Sequence record: NZ_CP015284.1 | Length of the DNA stretch: 64,000 nt | Source of the DNA: a plasmid | Direction: 5' to 3' (one strand) | In this document: positions 28,466 through 38,415 of the stretch, one piece after another | How positions within the stretch are numbered: the stretch's first letter is position 1 | How the letters are laid out: every line of letters begins with the position of its first letter | Program-made: the position numbers and the translations under genes | The notes under the pieces: model-generated | Told to the model about the DNA's origin: nothing | Databases searched by the model: none | Seen by the model: the letters and a program-made list of their open reading frames with translations, nothing else

Positions 28466-31210
28466 TTAGTTTTTCTTACGTTTGCGACCAGCAAATCCAA
28501 GAAGGCCAAGAAGACCAATACCTGCAACACTTGCAATAATACCGCCATTATCACCTGTTTCTGGAAGTGTGTGACCATGTCCGGCTTTAACAGCTACTGC
28601 GGTAGCTTCTGCTACAGTGTTGACTGTTTGTTCTTGTGTCTTGTTGAATTTAGATACTGATACTGGTGCTGCTTCGACTTGACTGCTTACCACTTTCGGT
28701 GCCACAACATCGTCATATTTAGCTTTTGCACCTTGATTTGGTTTTACAACGTCAGTTTCTGGCTTAGTATTGTCAGTTTTACCAGATTCAGGTTTAGTAT
28801 CAGGTGTCACAATATTACCTTTTTTAGCGTCATCTAACGCTTTTTGAACTTCATATTTAGTCAACACGGTTTCATATTCTGATTTAGCTGATGCATATTT
28901 GCTACGAGCGTCTGTAAGTTTAGCTTGTTCAGCGGCAAGTTTAGCTTGAGCGTTGACAAGTTTAACTTGAGCGGCTGCAAGTTTAACTTGAGCGGCTGCA
29001 AGTTTAGCTTGTGCATTTTCCAACTCAGATTTATGAGCTTTAGCAGCTTCTACTGCAGATTTTGCGTTGTTAAGAGCTTTTTGAGCAGCAACAACATCAT
29101 TGTTTGCTTTTTCAGCCGATGATTTAAGATCTGCTAATTTAGCTTGTTCAGTTGCAAGTGCAACCATTGCATCATCAGCTTTTTCTTTTGCAACTTTAGC
29201 ATCTTCTTTTGCTTGTGCAAGCGCTTGGGCTTTAGTTGCTTCTTCAGCTGTTACGGATGCAAGCACAACTTTAGCCACTGCAAGTTTACCTTCAGCTTCT
29301 GTTAACTTAGCTTGAGCAGCTCTCAATTCAGCTTCTGCTTTTGGTGTTTGACGTTCACGTGATTCAAGCTCTGCTACTTTTGCTTTGGCGTCATCGACAG
29401 CCTTTTGAGCCGTTGTGACTGCTGTTTTGGCTACGGTAACATCTTCTTGAGCAGCTTTCAACGCAACACCTGCAGTTGTTTGTTTCAATACTACTTTATT
29501 GTATGCATCTACACTTGGCTCAAAGTTTGCTCGACCGGCTGACAATACATCATATACATGACCACCCCAAATGTCTTGTGCAAATTTAGCTTCATGCAAG
29601 CTTGAAGTTGTAGTTACAACATTGAATTCTGCTGGAACTTCAATAAACGAATTACTGTTGTCTTGTAGGTACATTGAAATACCTTGTTGGTCGTAGTCCG
29701 TCAAACTAGCTGTATGACTATAATAATTTGTCCCATCATCCACTGTGAATAAAAATACAGCTTCACGAACACCCTCTAGAATTTCGCTTAATGTTGCATA
29801 ATGAGATCGTTTGTATGCCAAATCACCTGAAAACGGTTTGAAGTGACGTTGATTTGTTAAGTTTTCTCTAACATACAAGTGCTCCAATTCGGGTTTTTTT
29901 GTTGAAAGCTCAATTGAGTAGTCAGATCCCGTTTCATCAGTGTTATCACGTAATGCGTTGTATTTCACCGCACGTGCTTTTGCAAGATCCATCATTAAAG
30001 TGTTTACTGTTGCATCTGGTAAACCTAGTGCACGACGAAAGGCATTAACTTGGTCTACAAAATATTGGTTTACAATATTGTTCACGTTTTCCGGGAGATT
30101 TTCGACATCATATTGAGTATTATCAGCTACTGTGATTGTGTCTGGATAAAAGTAATTACAAATCCCATTATCGTTTGCGTCGTAATGGATATCACCATCA
30201 TAAACATGTACGATTTTATTATATTGGTTAATGATGTTGAAATCTGTTTTGATTGGAAGCGCGTTATAAATTGCAAGAGCTTCATCAGCTGCTTTCACAC
30301 GGTCTTCACCTTTAGCATTCACCCATTTCTTCAATGCATTCAAGTATTCTTCTGGAATATTGACTTTTGATTCCCATGTCGCTAATGGCTTGACAGCGTC
30401 TGCAGCCGCTTTTGCTTGGTCAAAGGCTGTTTGTGCTTGACTTACGACAGTTTCTTTAGCTGTTACAGTTTGTTTTGCATCTTTAACACCTTGTTCAGCT
30501 GTTGATACGGAACCGTTTGCATCTGAAATTGCTTGGTCAAGTTTTGAATCTGCCTTTTTAGCTGTTTCAAGGTTTGTTTCAGCTGTTTTCACATCTGATT
30601 TAGCTCGTACTACAGTTGCTTCTGCCACTGTTACATTATCTTGAGCTGTTGATACATCTGTTGATTCTTTTGCAAGAGCATCTACTTTTGCTTGAGCAGC
30701 GTCACTTTTAGCTTGTGCCTTATCTGCAGCCGCTTGAGCGTCTGATACAACAGCTTTTTGGTTTGTCACAGTCGTTTGAGCGTTTGTAGCGGTAGCTTGT
30801 GCGTCAGTTACTGCCTTTTCTGCAACAGGTACGTGACTGTCAGCTGTTGTGATCGCATTAGTAGCTTGAGCAATGGCTTCAGGTGTCGCTTGTGCTGCTG
30901 TTGCTTGTGCGTCAGTCACTTGACTTTGAGCAGCATTCACTTGATTTTGAGCGTCATTTACTTGATTTTGAGCCAAACCAGTTGCTGATTCTTGAATAAC
31001 AGCGGCTGTTTCAGCTTTTTCCATATTTTGTTTCGCATCTGATACTTGTTGTTCAGTAACGGTTGATTGAGCTTGTGTTTCAGATACAGCATTTGTGTCT
31101 GGTGTAGTTACTGTTACTTCATCAGCATTTACAACACCTGTTGCACAAGCCGCAGCTACAATTGCAGCAGTACCAGCGATAAATTTCATTTTGTTGTTTG
31201 TTTCTTTCAT
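28466..31210 (-). CDS. LPXTG-anchored, Ala-rich coiled-coil surface protein (PrgA/Sec10 surface-exclusion-like layout, 914 aa)
   Basis: Signal peptide and a C-terminal LPETG sorting signal. The AQAKLAAAQVKLAAAQVKL heptad repeats come from 21-bp DNA repeats at ~28960-29030. A central globular domain is flanked by coiled coils. Confidence 0.6.
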   Translation of the reverse strand: MKETNNKMKFIAGTAAIVAAACATGVVNADEVTVTTPDTNAVSETQAQSTVTEQQVSDAKQNMEKAETAAVIQESATGLAQNQVNDAQNQVNAAQSQVTDAQATAAQATPEAIAQATNAITTADSHVPVAEKAVTDAQATATNAQTTVTNQKAVVSDAQAAADKAQAKSDAAQAKVDALAKESTDVSTAQDNVTVAEATVVRAKSDVKTAETNLETAKKADSKLDQAISDANGSVSTAEQGVKDAKQTVTAKETVVSQAQTAFDQAKAAADAVKPLATWESKVNIPEEYLNALKKWVNAKGEDRVKAADEALAIYNALPIKTDFNIINQYNKIVHVYDGDIHYDANDNGICNYFYPDTITVADNTQYDVENLPENVNNIVNQYFVDQVNAFRRALGLPDATVNTLMMDLAKARAVKYNALRDNTDETGSDYSIELSTKKPELEHLYVRENLTNQRHFKPFSGDLAYKRSHYATLSEILEGVREAVFLFTVDDGTNYYSHTASLTDYDQQGISMYLQDNSNSFIEVPAEFNVVTTTSSLHEAKFAQDIWGGHVYDVLSAGRANFEPSVDAYNKVVLKQTTAGVALKAAQEDVTVAKTAVTTAQKAVDDAKAKVAELESRERQTPKAEAELRAAQAKLTEAEGKLAVAKVVLASVTAEEATKAQALAQAKEDAKVAKEKADDAMVALATEQAKLADLKSSAEKANNDVVAAQKALNNAKSAVEAAKAHKSELENAQAKLAAAQVKLAAAQVKLVNAQAKLAAEQAKLTDARSKYASAKSEYETVLTKYEVQKALDDAKKGNIVTPDTKPESGKTDNTKPETDVVKPNQGAKAKYDDVVAPKVVSSQVEAAPVSVSKFNKTQEQTVNTVAEATAVAVKAGHGHTLPETGDNGGIIASVAGIGLLGLLGFAGRKRKKN

Positions 31211-31240
31211 AAGTGTTATCCCTCAATAAAATAATTTGTT

Positions 31241-31275
31241 TTCAAAAATAATAAGGGGTTCCGAGGTTTAACCCC
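31241..31275 (-). terminator. terminator-like GC hairpin plus U-run inside the ~125-nt 5' leader of the PrgA-like gene (candidate attenuator)
   Basis: In the minus-strand RNA, GGGGUUAAACCUCGGAACCCC is followed by UUAUUAUUUUU. It lies ~35 nt upstream of the start codon. Confidence 0.4.
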
Positions 31276-31341
31276 GTATTCGCGCCCGCATAGGCTGGCG
31301 TGAAATTAACCCTGGATGAATAATTATTTACAACTATTAGA

Positions 31342-31370
31342 ATTTTACTCCCGAAATTTAAGGGTGTCAA
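31342..31370 (-). promoter_or_regulatory. sigma-70-type promoter on the minus strand (-35 TTGACA, 17-nt spacer, -10 TAAAAT) driving the PrgA-like gene
   Basis: Read on the reverse complement of 31342..31370. Confidence 0.5.
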
Positions 31371-32188
31371 GTATTTTTTGAAAATTTAAACCATTATTTC
31401 GAGTTAATAAATTCTTTTAAAATAAGGTTTTTCAATATATTCTAGAATTATTATTATCATTTAATTATTATTAAGATTAGATTGATAATTAAAAAATTAC
31501 TGTTTTTACACAATTTAAAAAAAGCGTAAAACCATTACAATTGCAGTGAAAATGCTAATATATGCTCGTTTTATTTTCCTTTAATTTTTTGAGGATGCAG
31601 AAAGCTAAACCTTCACATATTCATCAAGATTTCTAATTTATTTTTTCTTAAAAGCATCCAAATAATTCTACTCTTTAAAAATAAAATTTTTATAAATAAC
31701 GGTATATTTTTCCCTAAATATTGAAAAATACTCCCCATAAAAGAAATTATCAATACAATTTATTTCACAATACATAAATACGACACACAAACTCAATATC
31801 ATTTTATAAAGTAACTCCAAACTTTTAGAAAAGAAGCTCATAATATTCACACAAAATACTTAAACTCATCAAAAAAAGCCGGACCTCAGTCCAGCTCAGA
31901 ATGAAGAAAAACATCAAAAACGATGTTTGTCTTTTTTTTATAGTCACACTTAATTCTCCCATAATCCAATAATATTGAGGTATTATGTGAAGCCCATCAA
32001 GCGTATAGAAACCTAATTGACGACGATTATATTCAAGATTATCTTTGTGAAACATAGGAGTACCTCATCAAATACTTTTTTTATTATACTCCTTCGAAGC
32101 AAGAAAACTCCCCAGATAACTTCTGAGGACTTTATCTTCATTCTGAGGATAGCATCACTATATATGCTATCCTTAGCTAGTCCTATGA

Positions 32189-32758
32189 TTATTGTGCAGG
32201 TCTCAAGGTTGCTGCTACTGTTCTGATAGAACTTTGTGTAAGTTCATCATGTCGTTCTTCATCTGTGATTACACGAGGTTTTGGAAAGTTCTCGATAGGC
32301 TTTTCATGTTCTTGGGCTTGCTTTTTAGCTTGTTCAAGTCGTTGGTGTTGAGCTTCTGGTCCCCAGTCTTTTTCTGCAGCAATCTCAGAGACCATAAAGG
32401 CACTATATCGATATGCCTCTGGAACAATCTTCTGGATTTGTTCTTTCGTGAAGCGGTCTCCCTCACTATAATCAACGACATCCCAAATTAGTCCGCCATT
32501 GCCATCTTCTTGTGCTGCAAGGAAATGTTCACATCCAATAGGATTTGATAGGTTGATCATAAAGAGTTCTTCAGACCATTCTCCAGTCATTACAGCATCA
32601 ATAAATGTTTTATATTCATCGTCCGAGGCAAAATTTAGACGCCCGTTCTTTTCAGCTTTTTGAGCTTCACATAATACCTCAAAGCGTTCTTGGTATAGAG
32701 AGAAATTGTACTGTTTCAAAAAACTTGCTTGTTCCGTTGTTAAAATATTTTTCTTCAT
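32189..32758 (-). CDS. hypothetical cytoplasmic protein (189 aa)
   Basis: ORF followed by a terminator-like hairpin at ~31868-31900. No family recognised. Confidence 0.45.
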   Translation of the reverse strand: MKKNILTTEQASFLKQYNFSLYQERFEVLCEAQKAEKNGRLNFASDDEYKTFIDAVMTGEWSEELFMINLSNPIGCEHFLAAQEDGNGGLIWDVVDYSEGDRFTKEQIQKIVPEAYRYSAFMVSEIAAEKDWGPEAQHQRLEQAKKQAQEHEKPIENFPKPRVITDEERHDELTQSSIRTVAATLRPAQ

Positions 32759-32770
32759 CGTGATTACCTC

Positions 32771-33424
32771 TTATTCTAAGTTAAATGTCAGTGTTACTTT
32801 AGTTAATGGGATATGTTTAAACCCAAGAAATCCGGATTTTAGCAAGACCTTGAACATTCCAGCTACATTACCCTTTGTGTCTTGCCTAAATTTTTCATCT
32901 CTGATTTCCATAAGTCCTTTAAATTCAGGAGTAATGCTACTAGTTATAGATGAACGCATAGAATCCTTTATATTTTCTACAGAATCAAATCGTCCTCTGA
33001 TATTTGCATTGTGTCTATCGTCAAAAATGATTTTATTGATTTGACCTTTGCTGAAGTTTCTTAAGGCAATAGCTACAACATAAGGAAGTGCAATCCCCAG
33101 TGTAACTAGAGGGTGTGTTAGAATATCAAACACAATACCTTTTAGAGTGGTGATCAGGACGATATATGCCAATGCTCCTATCAATTTAAAGTAATTAACT
33201 GACATCGTAAATTTATTTTTTCGATTAGCTAATAACAAACCAATACATACATAAACTACCAGTAATACCAGGGCGATAATATGAATCGTCTTTGTTGAAA
33301 CATTGAGAATATTGTTTGCTAATAACAGAACTGAAGTGGCTGTTATAAATATGATTTCAAGGAAATAAATACTTTCAGCAAACCATTTCATCAGCAACAT
33401 GAACATTAATTTATTATTTTTCAA
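32771..33424 (-). CDS. hypothetical membrane protein (4 predicted TM helices plus a cytoplasmic tail, 217 aa)
   Basis: Hydrophobic N-terminal half. It is 12 nt upstream of the 189-aa gene. Confidence 0.45.
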   Translation of the reverse strand: MKNNKLMFMLLMKWFAESIYFLEIIFITATSVLLLANNILNVSTKTIHIIALVLLVVYVCIGLLLANRKNKFTMSVNYFKLIGALAYIVLITTLKGIVFDILTHPLVTLGIALPYVVAIALRNFSKGQINKIIFDDRHNANIRGRFDSVENIKDSMRSSITSSITPEFKGLMEIRDEKFRQDTKGNVAGMFKVLLKSGFLGFKHIPLTKVTLTFNLE

Positions 33425-33678
33425 ATAGATACCTTCTTTCTACCTATATGGTCTTGATTTCATAAGTCCATAATTATATAAATTATCAGTTCTCATATAA
33501 GCAACAAATTCCTTCCTAGTTTGTTTTAAAGTACTTCTTTATTATAGGAAAACAAATATCTATTTGTAACCCAGTGACACCTCTTAAAAAACACAACTCT
33601 TGTGAGCTGTGCTTTTAGTGAATTATGAATTTAGAATTTTGAATAGGGAAAAGGATTTTTTAAGAAGTGGGTGGTATC

Positions 33679-36219
33679 TTAGCATTCTTTACTACGTTTT
33701 GAGAAACCAAGCATACCTAGTGCAGTAGTTAGAACAACTGTACCTACTGCAGCAATAGCTGAAGTTGATTTTTCACCAGTATTAGGAAGAACCTTAATAG
33801 CTTGTTGTTGGACAGGCACTTCTTCTACTGGAGTTACTGGGGTAGAAGTAGGTCCGCCAGACTCTCCTACTGGTGCTGCTGGTGGTGTATCGAATGAAAC
33901 AAGATTTGATTTATAGGCATTACCAAAATCAATCTGATAGAAATCATTTTCTACAGTAGTACCTGCAGGGACTTTCAATGTAGCAGGGAGATTAACTGTT
34001 ACATTATTGTTTTTAAGAATGTAGTCTTGGTAATAATCAACTGGATTTTTGGCTACCCAAAGATAGAATTCACCAGTTGGGTTAAGACCAGATTTTTCTA
34101 GGATCTTGTTGATGGCATCAGTACGTCCTTCATCCGAAAGTACGTGATACATATCAAATAGGTCTTTGACATCTTTGTTATTGCTATCGCGAATAGTAAT
34201 AGCATCTTCATCTACTGTATAAGCACCATCTTGCACGTCATCAAGGAGCGCAAATTCAAGTGCTTTCTTAGATGCAGCCATATCTTTGTATGGACTATAA
34301 TCAGTTGTCAAATGGAAGGTTACTTTGTCATCGTCAGTAGTTTTTCCATCGATGTCATTTCCTTTTGAATCAGTAACAGACTTATGTGGTTTAGGAGCTG
34401 TTGGCGTCTTGTTAGTGACAGTATCAGAGAAGGTTTCGTAACCGTTACGATCAGCTTTATAAGTATTATCGTAGAAACCGTTATCGTCCGTTGCTACGAA
34501 CTTGATTGTAGGTGCTTCGAGAGCTTTACCATCGTATTTGGCAGTAAATGTGTAGGTCTTAGAAGCCTCATCATAATCAACGTTCCAACCTTTAGCCTCA
34601 TTTTCAGCCTTGTTGGCTTCGATATTTGGAACTTCACCGAATTCAAGTGGATCACGAGTTGTCACAGTATCGCCAACCTTTGCATTGGCAAAGATATTTC
34701 CGTTATTCAAAACATAGGTATGTTCATCATTTTTAGGAATCATCTTACCATTAACATTTTCACCGTCGCTGTTGAGGACAGTCTTAGTTACAGTTGGTTG
34801 ATAATTCATACTGTAGTCATGATAACTTGCTGATGGAATTTCTGGTTTAACAGGTTCATTAACCTTTTTAACTGTAGCTGATGGAACAGTGTTTGGATTA
34901 GTGAAATCGAGACTTAGCTGACCATGAGTATTGATAATCCAATTATCATCGATGTTAAGAATTGGGATAATACCAGTAGTTTCGCCTGGTTTCAAGACAT
35001 AGGACTTGTTAAGTGCAATACTACGATTGATATCTTCCGCAAAGCTTGAGTTACCATCATGGTTTACTGAGTAAATTTCTTCACCATCAGTATAAACGTG
35101 GTAGTTAAGATTTTGGTTAACACCAGTGTTGGGACGGTTACTTGTGTAGGCATAGTTCCACAAATCGAGACTATTAAGTGTTACGGTTGTCGAACCGTCT
35201 CCGTTAGCTGCAGACGTGAAATTAACCTTACCATTAAGGGTACCTGTACCCAAAACACCCAAGCTATCATTAGCTGAGTCATTCATATCGTGCGTGAATG
35301 AGAAGGTCCCATCCGGATTAACGCTACCATTTTGAACCGAGTTTCCATAAGTCAACTGGTCAACATTTTGTGTTGTTACTCGTCCGTCAACATTAACGTT
35401 AGCATTATCCTTCATAGCAGCATAGTCTTTGTTAAATTTGTCGATGGTTTCTTTGTTCGAAGCAATCTGCTTATTAACCTGATCAGTATAGGTGTTGTAA
35501 TCACCTACATTTTTACCATCCCCACTTGAGATTTCAGTAGCTTCAGCTTTAATAAGTCCATTACTATCTTTAACAGCTTTGTCTACTTGAGTTTCAAGGG
35601 TGTCGTGAGCTTTATCAGCTGCATCATAGGCTGATTGACGTCCAGATGCATCCTGGGTGGCTTGTTTGATTGAAGCTACTTGTTCATTTTGGTCAGCCTT
35701 GATTTCAGCTTGCTTTGTTGCAAGTTCTTCACTCGTAGTTGGTGTCCCTTTATCTTGGGTAGCATCTTGCGACACTTTAACACCACTGTCTTTGGCAGTA
35801 GCAACTGCATCCGTGACAGCTGAGTTGTCGATAGCAACTTTTTCAGCTTCCGTTGATGTATTAGCTTTTTCTGCGTAAGCATTATTATCATTAGTGCTTA
35901 CTGGTTGTGTAGTAGCTACTTCTGCTACTTTTTCAGTAGGTTGTGAATCAGAAGTGTTTGTTGCAGTCGCTGAGGTTGTCGGAGTAGAGACATCTGATGT
36001 TGCAACAGCTGTAGCTTGTGACATCAGACTGTCTGCGTTTGCTTGAGAGGTAGCAACTGGCTCTGAATTTACAGGTGCTTCAGTTACTTCATCTGCGGAT
36101 GCTTGAGAAGCTCCCCCAACAATTGCTGCAGCACCGAGAGCAAGTACACCGACAGCTCCATAGACATTGTTTTTACGAATAGAGCCATGTCCTTTCGTGT
36201 TATTTGAGTCTTTAAACAT
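33679..36219 (-). CDS. YSIRK-signal/LPXTG-anchored large surface adhesin (846 aa)
   Basis: N-terminal GSIRKNNVYGAVGVL (YSIRK-G/S-type signal) and C-terminal LPNTG plus TM plus KRSKEC. Confidence 0.75.
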   Translation of the reverse strand: MFKDSNNTKGHGSIRKNNVYGAVGVLALGAAAIVGGASQASADEVTEAPVNSEPVATSQANADSLMSQATAVATSDVSTPTTSATATNTSDSQPTEKVAEVATTQPVSTNDNNAYAEKANTSTEAEKVAIDNSAVTDAVATAKDSGVKVSQDATQDKGTPTTSEELATKQAEIKADQNEQVASIKQATQDASGRQSAYDAADKAHDTLETQVDKAVKDSNGLIKAEATEISSGDGKNVGDYNTYTDQVNKQIASNKETIDKFNKDYAAMKDNANVNVDGRVTTQNVDQLTYGNSVQNGSVNPDGTFSFTHDMNDSANDSLGVLGTGTLNGKVNFTSAANGDGSTTVTLNSLDLWNYAYTSNRPNTGVNQNLNYHVYTDGEEIYSVNHDGNSSFAEDINRSIALNKSYVLKPGETTGIIPILNIDDNWIINTHGQLSLDFTNPNTVPSATVKKVNEPVKPEIPSASYHDYSMNYQPTVTKTVLNSDGENVNGKMIPKNDEHTYVLNNGNIFANAKVGDTVTTRDPLEFGEVPNIEANKAENEAKGWNVDYDEASKTYTFTAKYDGKALEAPTIKFVATDDNGFYDNTYKADRNGYETFSDTVTNKTPTAPKPHKSVTDSKGNDIDGKTTDDDKVTFHLTTDYSPYKDMAASKKALEFALLDDVQDGAYTVDEDAITIRDSNNKDVKDLFDMYHVLSDEGRTDAINKILEKSGLNPTGEFYLWVAKNPVDYYQDYILKNNNVTVNLPATLKVPAGTTVENDFYQIDFGNAYKSNLVSFDTPPAAPVGESGGPTSTPVTPVEEVPVQQQAIKVLPNTGEKSTSAIAAVGTVVLTTALGMLGFSKRSKEC

Positions 36220-36236
36220 TTAAATAATAACCTTTC

Positions 36237-37616
36237 TTAGTTTGAATACCACTTTTCTTGTTTCACAGCTGTACGTTGAAGACCAAGTGCTGCCAAAATC
36301 AAGAATCCAAAGGTAACGAGTTTTGTTCCAGTTTCCCCTGTTTCAGGAAGTGTTACCATTTCTCCTGCCTCGGTCTTAACAGAGACAGTTCCATCCTCAT
36401 TCACTGCTCCTCCTGCCTGTGAAGCTGGAACTGAGGCTACAGAACCATCGAAGTTTTGTACGACAAGATCACTATTGTTTGTTGAGACAACTTTATAACC
36501 AGTATTTGTAACGACTGGTTGACTAGGAGTCACATTAAGTACAACTTGTTTTGTTGAAGGAGAAACGTCCCCTGGTTTAGGTGTTTCTTGAACATTCGTG
36601 TCGCTAACTTTAGGAGCTTCTTCAGTTTTAGGAGACTCAACTACCTTGTTTGAAGTTGCTGCTGAAGTTGAAGCTACTTCTGTACGACTGTCTGATTTAT
36701 GTTCAGATGGCGTAGAGACACCAGTTCCATTGGTTCCGTCAAGAATATGAGGAGTGTTTGTAGCAGTTTCAGACAGTTCTGGAGAAGTTGATGATTTCTC
36801 AGAAGATGTTGTTCCTTCGCTACTTGGCAAACTTACACCTGTTCCAGAAGTTCCATCAGACACTTTTGGTGTTTCTGAACTTGTTGAAGAAGATTCAGCT
36901 GAAGTTGATGAGCCACTAGGTGCTTCAGAACTTGAAGCGTTATTCCCTTCAGTTGGTGCTGGAGTTGGTGTGGCAACCGTTGACCCTTTATCATTAACAG
37001 TATTTGTTGAACTTTCACTGCTACTGCTAGTGTTATTTTCACTATTGTGGTTAGCATTAGCAGTATCCGTAGCGTTAGGCTTAGTAGGAGTTTCAGTTAC
37101 TGTGTGCTCTGAAGGGGTAGGAGTTTCTGATGCAGTTGAAGTTGTATCAGAAGTAGAGTTTCCTTCACTTCCTTCAGAGGTAGCTGTAGACGTTTCAGCA
37201 GTTGTACTTGCATTTTCAGAAGTCGTAGGTGTAGCCTCAGAATTTTCTGAAGTCTTCCCTTCGTCATGATTTGGCGTAGTAACGCTTGGTGTTGTAGGTG
37301 TAGCTACGCCAGTACTAGTAGAACCGTCAGTTACTTTAGGTGTTTCAGTTGTTACACCTTCATTTTTAGGAGTATCAACTTTAGGTGCTTCAACAGTTGG
37401 GACATCTGTGGTATTGGTACCGGGTGTCGCTGGTGTTGATGAAGCGGGAGGGAGAAGTGTATCGGAGTGTCCAGTCGCAACAGTAGCATTATCTGTTGGT
37501 CCAGTTGGTGTGGCAGTTTCGTCTGCTGATACCCCATTATTAACCAAACCTGCTGCTACAAGAGCTGTTAAAAAAGCTCCACATTTAAAGATCATTGAAC
37601 TTTTGTTTTTGTCCAT
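36237..37616 (-). CDS. LPXTG-anchored Ser/Thr/Pro-rich surface protein (PrgC-like composition, 459 aa)
   Basis: Signal peptide, a very S/T-rich low-complexity body, and C-terminal LPETG plus TM. Confidence 0.75.
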   Translation of the reverse strand: MDKNKSSMIFKCGAFLTALVAAGLVNNGVSADETATPTGPTDNATVATGHSDTLLPPASSTPATPGTNTTDVPTVEAPKVDTPKNEGVTTETPKVTDGSTSTGVATPTTPSVTTPNHDEGKTSENSEATPTTSENASTTAETSTATSEGSEGNSTSDTTSTASETPTPSEHTVTETPTKPNATDTANANHNSENNTSSSSESSTNTVNDKGSTVATPTPAPTEGNNASSSEAPSGSSTSAESSSTSSETPKVSDGTSGTGVSLPSSEGTTSSEKSSTSPELSETATNTPHILDGTNGTGVSTPSEHKSDSRTEVASTSAATSNKVVESPKTEEAPKVSDTNVQETPKPGDVSPSTKQVVLNVTPSQPVVTNTGYKVVSTNNSDLVVQNFDGSVASVPASQAGGAVNEDGTVSVKTEAGEMVTLPETGETGTKLVTFGFLILAALGLQRTAVKQEKWYSN

Positions 37617-37763
37617 AAATAAGCAATTTCCTTTCTTAAAAAATTACAATTAGATGATAGCAAAAGTCATCCCTGACTCAAACCCAGTGACACCCTTTAA
37701 ATACACAAAAAAAAGAGCGTACTGCTCTTTTATAATCTATTATGCAAGTCCTTGAAAAGCATA

Positions 37764-38294
37764 TTAATTGAATGCCCGTCTACGCATTGAAATGCCAACT
37801 TCTTGCCAAGATATCTCCATATCATCAGAGGGCGTGTTTCCTAATAGAAAAACAGACTTATTATGGAATAGAGTATCAAATCCAATGTCTTCATAAAAGA
37901 GTTCTTCGTCATCATATTGATAGCCAGAATCAATATCGAATTCATTCTCAAATATAGCACGGCAGATAAAGTAAGCCCCTAGACCATAGTAAGTAATAGG
38001 TTCGTTGGAACCTTTAGGTGTGGCTTCAAATCGATAGTACTTTTCTACTTCAATGGAGTCTTGAGCATTGACTTCAATAGGCTTAAGGTAACAGAACCCA
38101 CGACTAGCGAGAGCTTCATCTAATTGCTGACGTAGAGGACTTTTTTTATGAGCAATAAGACCAGGGATGGAATCTGCATTACTTTCGATAAAGTCACACG
38201 CATTCAGAAGAATCAAACCTTTTTGAAAAAAGTTTGGGCTAGTCTGTCTGTCTAGCCATTCACCTAAAAATCGGTTAATACGAGGTGTATTCAT
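37764..38294 (-). CDS. hypothetical protein (176 aa)
   Basis: ORF only. There is no convincing match to ArdA-type anti-restriction proteins. Confidence 0.4.
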   Translation of the reverse strand: MNTPRINRFLGEWLDRQTSPNFFQKGLILLNACDFIESNADSIPGLIAHKKSPLRQQLDEALASRGFCYLKPIEVNAQDSIEVEKYYRFEATPKGSNEPITYYGLGAYFICRAIFENEFDIDSGYQYDDEELFYEDIGFDTLFHNKSVFLLGNTPSDDMEISWQEVGISMRRRAFN

Positions 38295-38415
38295 ATTTTT
38301 CTCCTTTCTTAGATATTTGTATCGTCTCTTCTTAAACTAAGATTAGTGTAGCACAGAGGAAATTACAAGAGCAAGCGCAGAGAGCACAAAATTTTTAAAA
38401 GACATTTAAAATGAA

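Noticed and set aside
31668-32055. 60-aa and 76-aa minus-strand ORFs in the AT-rich region upstream of the PrgA-like gene
   Set aside because: They have no RBS and a Phe/Ile/Tyr-rich composition typical of AT-rich non-coding DNA. The region is more plausibly regulatory.
36754-37269. 171-aa plus-strand ORF antisense to the S/T-rich LPXTG gene
   Set aside because: It is an antisense artefact of low-complexity DNA. The translation is Val/Ser/Glu-rich and has no start context.
37764-38294. Considered calling the 176-aa protein an ArdA-type anti-restriction protein
   Set aside because: It lacks the strongly acidic, DNA-mimic composition and motifs of ArdA. It is left as hypothetical.
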